From an uncultured Clostridia bacterium (lineage in GTDB: Bacteria; Bacillota; Clostridia; Oscillospirales; CAG-272): a stretch of DNA of 64,000 nucleotides. Positions 60,590-64,000 of the stretch are shown one piece after another. The stretch spans positions 27,541 to 91,540 of the forward strand of contig CALWTY010000002.1 of assembly GCA_944384585.1 (NCBI GenBank), written 5' to 3'. The notes beneath the pieces are model-generated. The model was not told the origin of the DNA. It searched no databases and saw nothing but the letters and a program-made list of their open reading frames with translations. The first letter of the stretch is position 1. Each line of letters begins with the position of its first letter. Position numbers and translations under genes: made by a program.

Positions 60590-61324
60590 TCAGCGCGCTC
60601 CCTTCCGGGCTTCGGAATCGTCCGATCCGTCCCGGCAGACTCCGGAGCAGCCGGCCTCCCCGCCGCCCTCGGCGGCGTTCGCTCCCTCGGCGGGCATATC
60701 ACCAGAGTTTTTGCCTTCGACGGACTGATTCGCTCCCTCGACGGGCATATCGGCGGCGTCCTCGCCATTATCGGGCATCCCGGCGCAGCTGGCGCCGTTC
60801 TCCGCGGCTTCTCCTGTTCCGACGACGGCAGCCGCCGCACGCTTCTTCTTTTTTTCGTCGTCCGAAAGGAAATCGCGGTCGACGAAGAGAATGTCGATCA
60901 GGATCAGCACCGCCCCGATCGTCACGAAGCAGTCGGCAACATTGAAGATCGCAAAGTCGACGAACTGGAACTCCAGAAAATCGACGACGAAGCCGTTTGC
61001 AATGCGGTCGATCTGATTGCCGATCCCGCCGCCGGCGATCATCGCGAGGGAGATGCCGAGCAGGGTCGGAACTTTCCTGCGGCACTTGATCAGATAGACA
61101 AAGATCGCGACGATGGCAAGGGAGGACAGGAGGATAAAGCCCCAGCGGAAGCCCTTCATCATTCCGAAGGCCGCGCCGGTGTTTTCGGCGTAGCGGAAGC
61201 CGAGCAGCCCCTCGATGAAGGGATGAAAGCCGATCGGCTTCAGCTTCAGCACGACGATATATTTCGAGATCTGGTCAAGCGCTACCGACAGCAGGACGAT
61301 AGCGGACCAAAGGATGAGCTGCAT
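60590..61324 (-). CDS. lspA: lipoprotein signal peptidase II with a ~90-aa acidic/Gly-rich C-terminal extension
   Basis: Core motifs YAENTGAAFGM, IAGGGIGNQIDR and FNVADCFVTIG. The tail is ...GMPDNGEDAADMPVEGANQSVEGKNSGDMPAEGANAAEGGGEAG.... Confidence 0.88.
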   Translation of the reverse strand: MQLILWSAIVLLSVALDQISKYIVVLKLKPIGFHPFIEGLLGFRYAENTGAAFGMMKGFRWGFILLSSLAIVAIFVYLIKCRRKVPTLLGISLAMIAGGGIGNQIDRIANGFVVDFLEFQFVDFAIFNVADCFVTIGAVLILIDILFVDRDFLSDDEKKKKRAAAAVVGTGEAAENGASCAGMPDNGEDAADMPVEGANQSVEGKNSGDMPAEGANAAEGGGEAGCSGVCRDGSDDSEARKGAR

Positions 61325-61327
61325 CGG

Positions 61328-64000
61328 TTACTGCCCGACAATGTCGGCGCATCGGGCGCAGAGGAAGCCCTCGCCCTCCCCGACGCCGTTTCTGACGTAC
61401 TTCCAGCAGCGTCCGCAGCGGCAGCCCTCCGCAGGCTCCACCGAAATGCTGTCCTCGCCCTCCTCTACCGTCACGCCCGAGACGATGAAGACCGTTTCAA
61501 GCTCGTCGGAGAAGCTGCGAAGCAGGGCAAGGCGGTTCGGATCGGCGGTGCGGATGATGAGCCTTGCGTCAAGGGATTTTCCGATCCGCTTGTCGGCTCT
61601 GGCGGTTTCCAGCGCCTTCATCACGTCGTCACGCAGCTCAAACAGGCGATTCCAGCGTTCCTCAAGCTCCTCGAAGCAAAGCGCGTCGGAGGGAGAGGGC
61701 ATATCGTTGAGCATGACGCTGCGGGTATCCTCGCCGGCGGAATGCGCGATCGATGCCCATGCCTCCTCCGCCGTGAAGGAGAGAATCGGGGCGAGCAGGC
61801 GGATCAGCGAATTGAGGATGAGATACATGGCGGTCTGCGCCGAGCGGCGCTCCACGGAGGTCTTGCGTTCGACATAGAGGCGATCTTTCGTGATGTCGAT
61901 GTAGAGCTTGCTGAGATCAACGGTGCAGAAACTGTTGATCTCGTGATAGACGATGTGGAAGGAATAGCTGTCGTAGGCGGCACGCACCGTGCCGACCAGA
62001 CGATTCAGCCGCGCCAGCGCCCACTTATCGATCTCCTGCAGGGAATCAAGGGGCATCATGTCACGGTCGGGATCAAAGTCGGTCTCTGCCGTGCCGAGGT
62101 TAGCCATCAGAATGCGGAGGGTGTTGCGGATCTTGCGATAGGCCTCGGAGAGCTGACGGAAGATGCCGTCGGAGGCTCTGACGTCGACCTGATAATCGGA
62201 GGAGGCAACCCAGAGGCGGACGAGGTCCGCGCCGTACTTGGCGATCATCTCCTCCGGCGCGACCGAGTTGCCGAGCGATTTGTGCATGGCCTTGCCCTCG
62301 CCGTCGACGACCCAGCCGTGGGTCAGAACGGCGCGGTAGGGCGCGCCCTCCCCCTTCGCGCCGACGGCGGTGAGAAGGGAGGACTGGAACCATCCGCGAT
62401 ACTGATCCGCGCCCTCAAGATAGAGGTCGGCGGGCCACTTCATGTCGGGATTGTTCTCCAGCACCGCAAAGTGCGAGGAGCCGGAATCGAACCAGCCGTC
62501 AAGGGTGTCGGTCTCCTTCGTGAAGGAAGCGCCGCCGCAGTGCGGGCAGCGGAAGGAGTCGGACAGGAAGGCAGAGATCGGCTTTTCATACCAGGAATTG
62601 GAGCCTTCCTCCCCGAAGATGCGGGAGACGGCCTCGATGGTCTCGTCGGTGCAGACCGGCTTTCCGCATTCGCCGCAGTAGAAGACCGGGATCGGAAGTC
62701 CCCAGTGGCGCTGACGGGAGATGCACCAGTCGGCGCGCTCCCTGACCATCTGGGTGATCCGCTCACCGCCCCAGGCGGGCGTCCAGGTCACATTGGCGCA
62801 GGCCTCGACGGCCTCTTTTTTGAAGGCGTCGATCGAGCAGAACCACTGCGGGGTGGCGCGGAAGATGATCGGCTTCTTGCAGCGCCAGCAGTGGGGATAG
62901 GAGTGGACGAATTCCTCCGAGGCGAAGAGCGCCCCCGATTCCTTCATATCGTTGTAGATGGCGTCGTTTGAGGCAAGGTAGTGCAGTCCTGCAAACTTGC
63001 CGGCGGCCTCCGTCTGATAGCCCTTGTCGTCGACCGGCACGAGGATCTCCATGCCGTAGCGTTTGCCGGTGACATAGTCGTCCGCACCGAAGCCGGGGGC
63101 GGTGTGGACGCAGCCGGTGCCGCTGTCCATCGTGACATATTCGGCGTTGACGACAAGCGATTTGCGGTCAAGGAAGGGATGCTCCGCCGTCATGTATTCG
63201 AATTCCGAGCCGGGCAGGGTGAGCAGCGTTTCATAGGAGCTGATGCCGCCCTTTGCCATCGTCTTGTCTGCCAGCGCCTCCGCCGTGATATAGCAGTTTC
63301 CGTCGTCTGCCCGGAGCAGGACGTAGCGATCGCGGGGGTGAAGGGCGATGGCGAGGTTGCCGGGGAGGGTCCAGGTCGTGGTGGTCCAGATGATGAACCA
63401 GGTCTTGCTCAGATCGCAGTAGGGGGAGAGCTTGCCCTTGTCATCGGCAACGCGGAACTTGACGTAAACTGAGGTGCAGGGATCGTCTGCATACTCGATT
63501 TCCGCCTCGGCAAGCGCCGTCTCGTCGTTCGGACACCAATAGACGGGCTTGAGCCCCTTGTAGATGTAGCCCTTGCGGTACATCTCCCCGAAGACCCTGA
63601 CTTCATGCGCCTCAAAGGAGGGATTCATCGTCAGATAGGGATGCTCCCAGTCACCGAGCACACCGAGGCGCTTGAACTGTCCCATCTGGATGTCGACGAA
63701 GTTCTGCGCAAAGGCATGGCAGGCGCTGCGGAATTCGGGAATGCTCATTTTTTTGCGGTCGAGCTTATTTTTCTTGATGATCGCGGATTCAATCGGCATT
63801 CCGTGGTTGTCCCAGCCGGGGATATAGGGGACGTTGTATCCGGTCATCGATTTGGAGCGGTTGATGAAATCCTTCAGCAGCTTGTTCAGCGCAGTACCCA
63901 TGTGGATGCTGCCGTTGGAGAAGGGAGGCCCGTCGTGCAGAAGGAAGGTAGGCTTCCCGGCATTTTTTCTTCTGATTTCCTCATAAAGACCGAGCGCCGT
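61328..64000 (-). CDS. ileS: isoleucine--tRNA ligase (5' end beyond the right edge of the window)
   Basis: The frame is open to 64000 (...LHDGPPFSNGSIHMGTALNKLLKD, a HIGH-type motif) with KMHKSLGN (KMSKS) and a C-terminal zinc knuckle CRCGRCW...CARC. The ileS-lspA-rluD order is conserved. Confidence 0.93.
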   Translation of the reverse strand, partial: TALGLYEEIRRKNAGKPTFLLHDGPPFSNGSIHMGTALNKLLKDFINRSKSMTGYNVPYIPGWDNHGMPIESAIIKKNKLDRKKMSIPEFRSACHAFAQNFVDIQMGQFKRLGVLGDWEHPYLTMNPSFEAHEVRVFGEMYRKGYIYKGLKPVYWCPNDETALAEAEIEYADDPCTSVYVKFRVADDKGKLSPYCDLSKTWFIIWTTTTWTLPGNLAIALHPRDRYVLLRADDGNCYITAEALADKTMAKGGISSYETLLTLPGSEFEYMTAEHPFLDRKSLVVNAEYVTMDSGTGCVHTAPGFGADDYVTGKRYGMEILVPVDDKGYQTEAAGKFAGLHYLASNDAIYNDMKESGALFASEEFVHSYPHCWRCKKPIIFRATPQWFCSIDAFKKEAVEACANVTWTPAWGGERITQMVRERADWCISRQRHWGLPIPVFYCGECGKPVCTDETIEAVSRIFGEEGSNSWYEKPISAFLSDSFRCPHCGGASFTKETDTLDGWFDSGSSHFAVLENNPDMKWPADLYLEGADQYRGWFQSSLLTAVGAKGEGAPYRAVLTHGWVVDGEGKAMHKSLGNSVAPEEMIAKYGADLVRLWVASSDYQVDVRASDGIFRQLSEAYRKIRNTLRILMANLGTAETDFDPDRDMMPLDSLQEIDKWALARLNRLVGTVRAAYDSYSFHIVYHEINSFCTVDLSKLYIDITKDRLYVERKTSVERRSAQTAMYLILNSLIRLLAPILSFTAEEAWASIAHSAGEDTRSVMLNDMPSPSDALCFEELEERWNRLFELRDDVMKALETARADKRIGKSLDARLIIRTADPNRLALLRSFSDELETVFIVSGVTVEEGEDSISVEPAEGCRCGRCWKYVRNGVGEGEGFLCARCADIVGQ

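Noticed and set aside
59669-60840. Long N-terminal extensions of the HAD phosphatase (to 59794) and rluD (to 60840) in the ORF track
   Set aside because: The extensions overlap the upstream genes (rluD and lspA respectively) and are P/R-rich. Internal starts with RBS sites give proteins that begin at the conserved family N-termini.
54279-62971. Three very long plus-strand ORFs (54279-57020, 56884-58839, 60563-62971) across pncB-tatD-metG and lspA-ileS
   Set aside because: All lie antisense to genes with clear catalytic motifs on the minus strand. Their translations are low-complexity G/A/R/D/V text.

Overview
This 64-kb window comes from a high-GC, spore-forming Firmicute, probably a Clostridia-type organism. 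The evidence is spmA/spmB, abrB, GGAGG ribosome-binding sites and several exact TTGACA-17-TATAAT promoters. Most of it is a housekeeping backbone: galT, pcrA, dxs, rpsF-ssb-rpsR, ychF, an OmpR-type two-component pair, feoB, mgsA, pncB, tatD-metG and rluD-lspA-ileS. Three accessory patches stand out. (1) 15.3-23.3 kb is a visibly AT-richer, decaying island. It carries an XRE regulator with a beta-helix tail, an ECF-like sigma factor with a ~380-aa C-terminal extension, and a catalytic-domain-only tyrosine recombinase. Next to the recombinase is a 21-bp perfect inverted-repeat pair enclosing a promoter-plus-terminator cassette, which I read as a candidate invertible promoter currently pointing away from its likely targets. 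Those targets are a TasA/camelysin-like gene broken by two frameshifts and a MacB/FtsX-type ABC exporter with overlap and chimera anomalies. (2) 24.3-36.8 kb is a seven-gene, same-strand carbohydrate-type ABC locus with unusual composition. It has one 1028-aa solute-binding protein with two extra beta-sandwich modules, two complete permease pairs, an NHL-propeller/TPR/Yip1 membrane protein and an 1108-aa secreted protein of unknown function. It has no ATPase, no regulator and no recognisable glycoside hydrolase. (3) 44.7-46.3 kb is an orphan ImmR/ImmA-type switch facing a sigma-region-4-like phage regulator across a consensus promoter with a palindromic operator. I also saw several tandem repeats: 47-bp hairpin units after galT, an 85-bp duplication at the spmA 3' end, 18-bp AAGTTE repeats in a mini-lipoprotein, N/Q/Y-rich repeats in a membrane protein, and 23-bp units before mgsA. 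I recognised no rRNA genes, tRNA genes or CRISPR arrays. All calls come from reading the translations and the DNA by eye; no searches were run.
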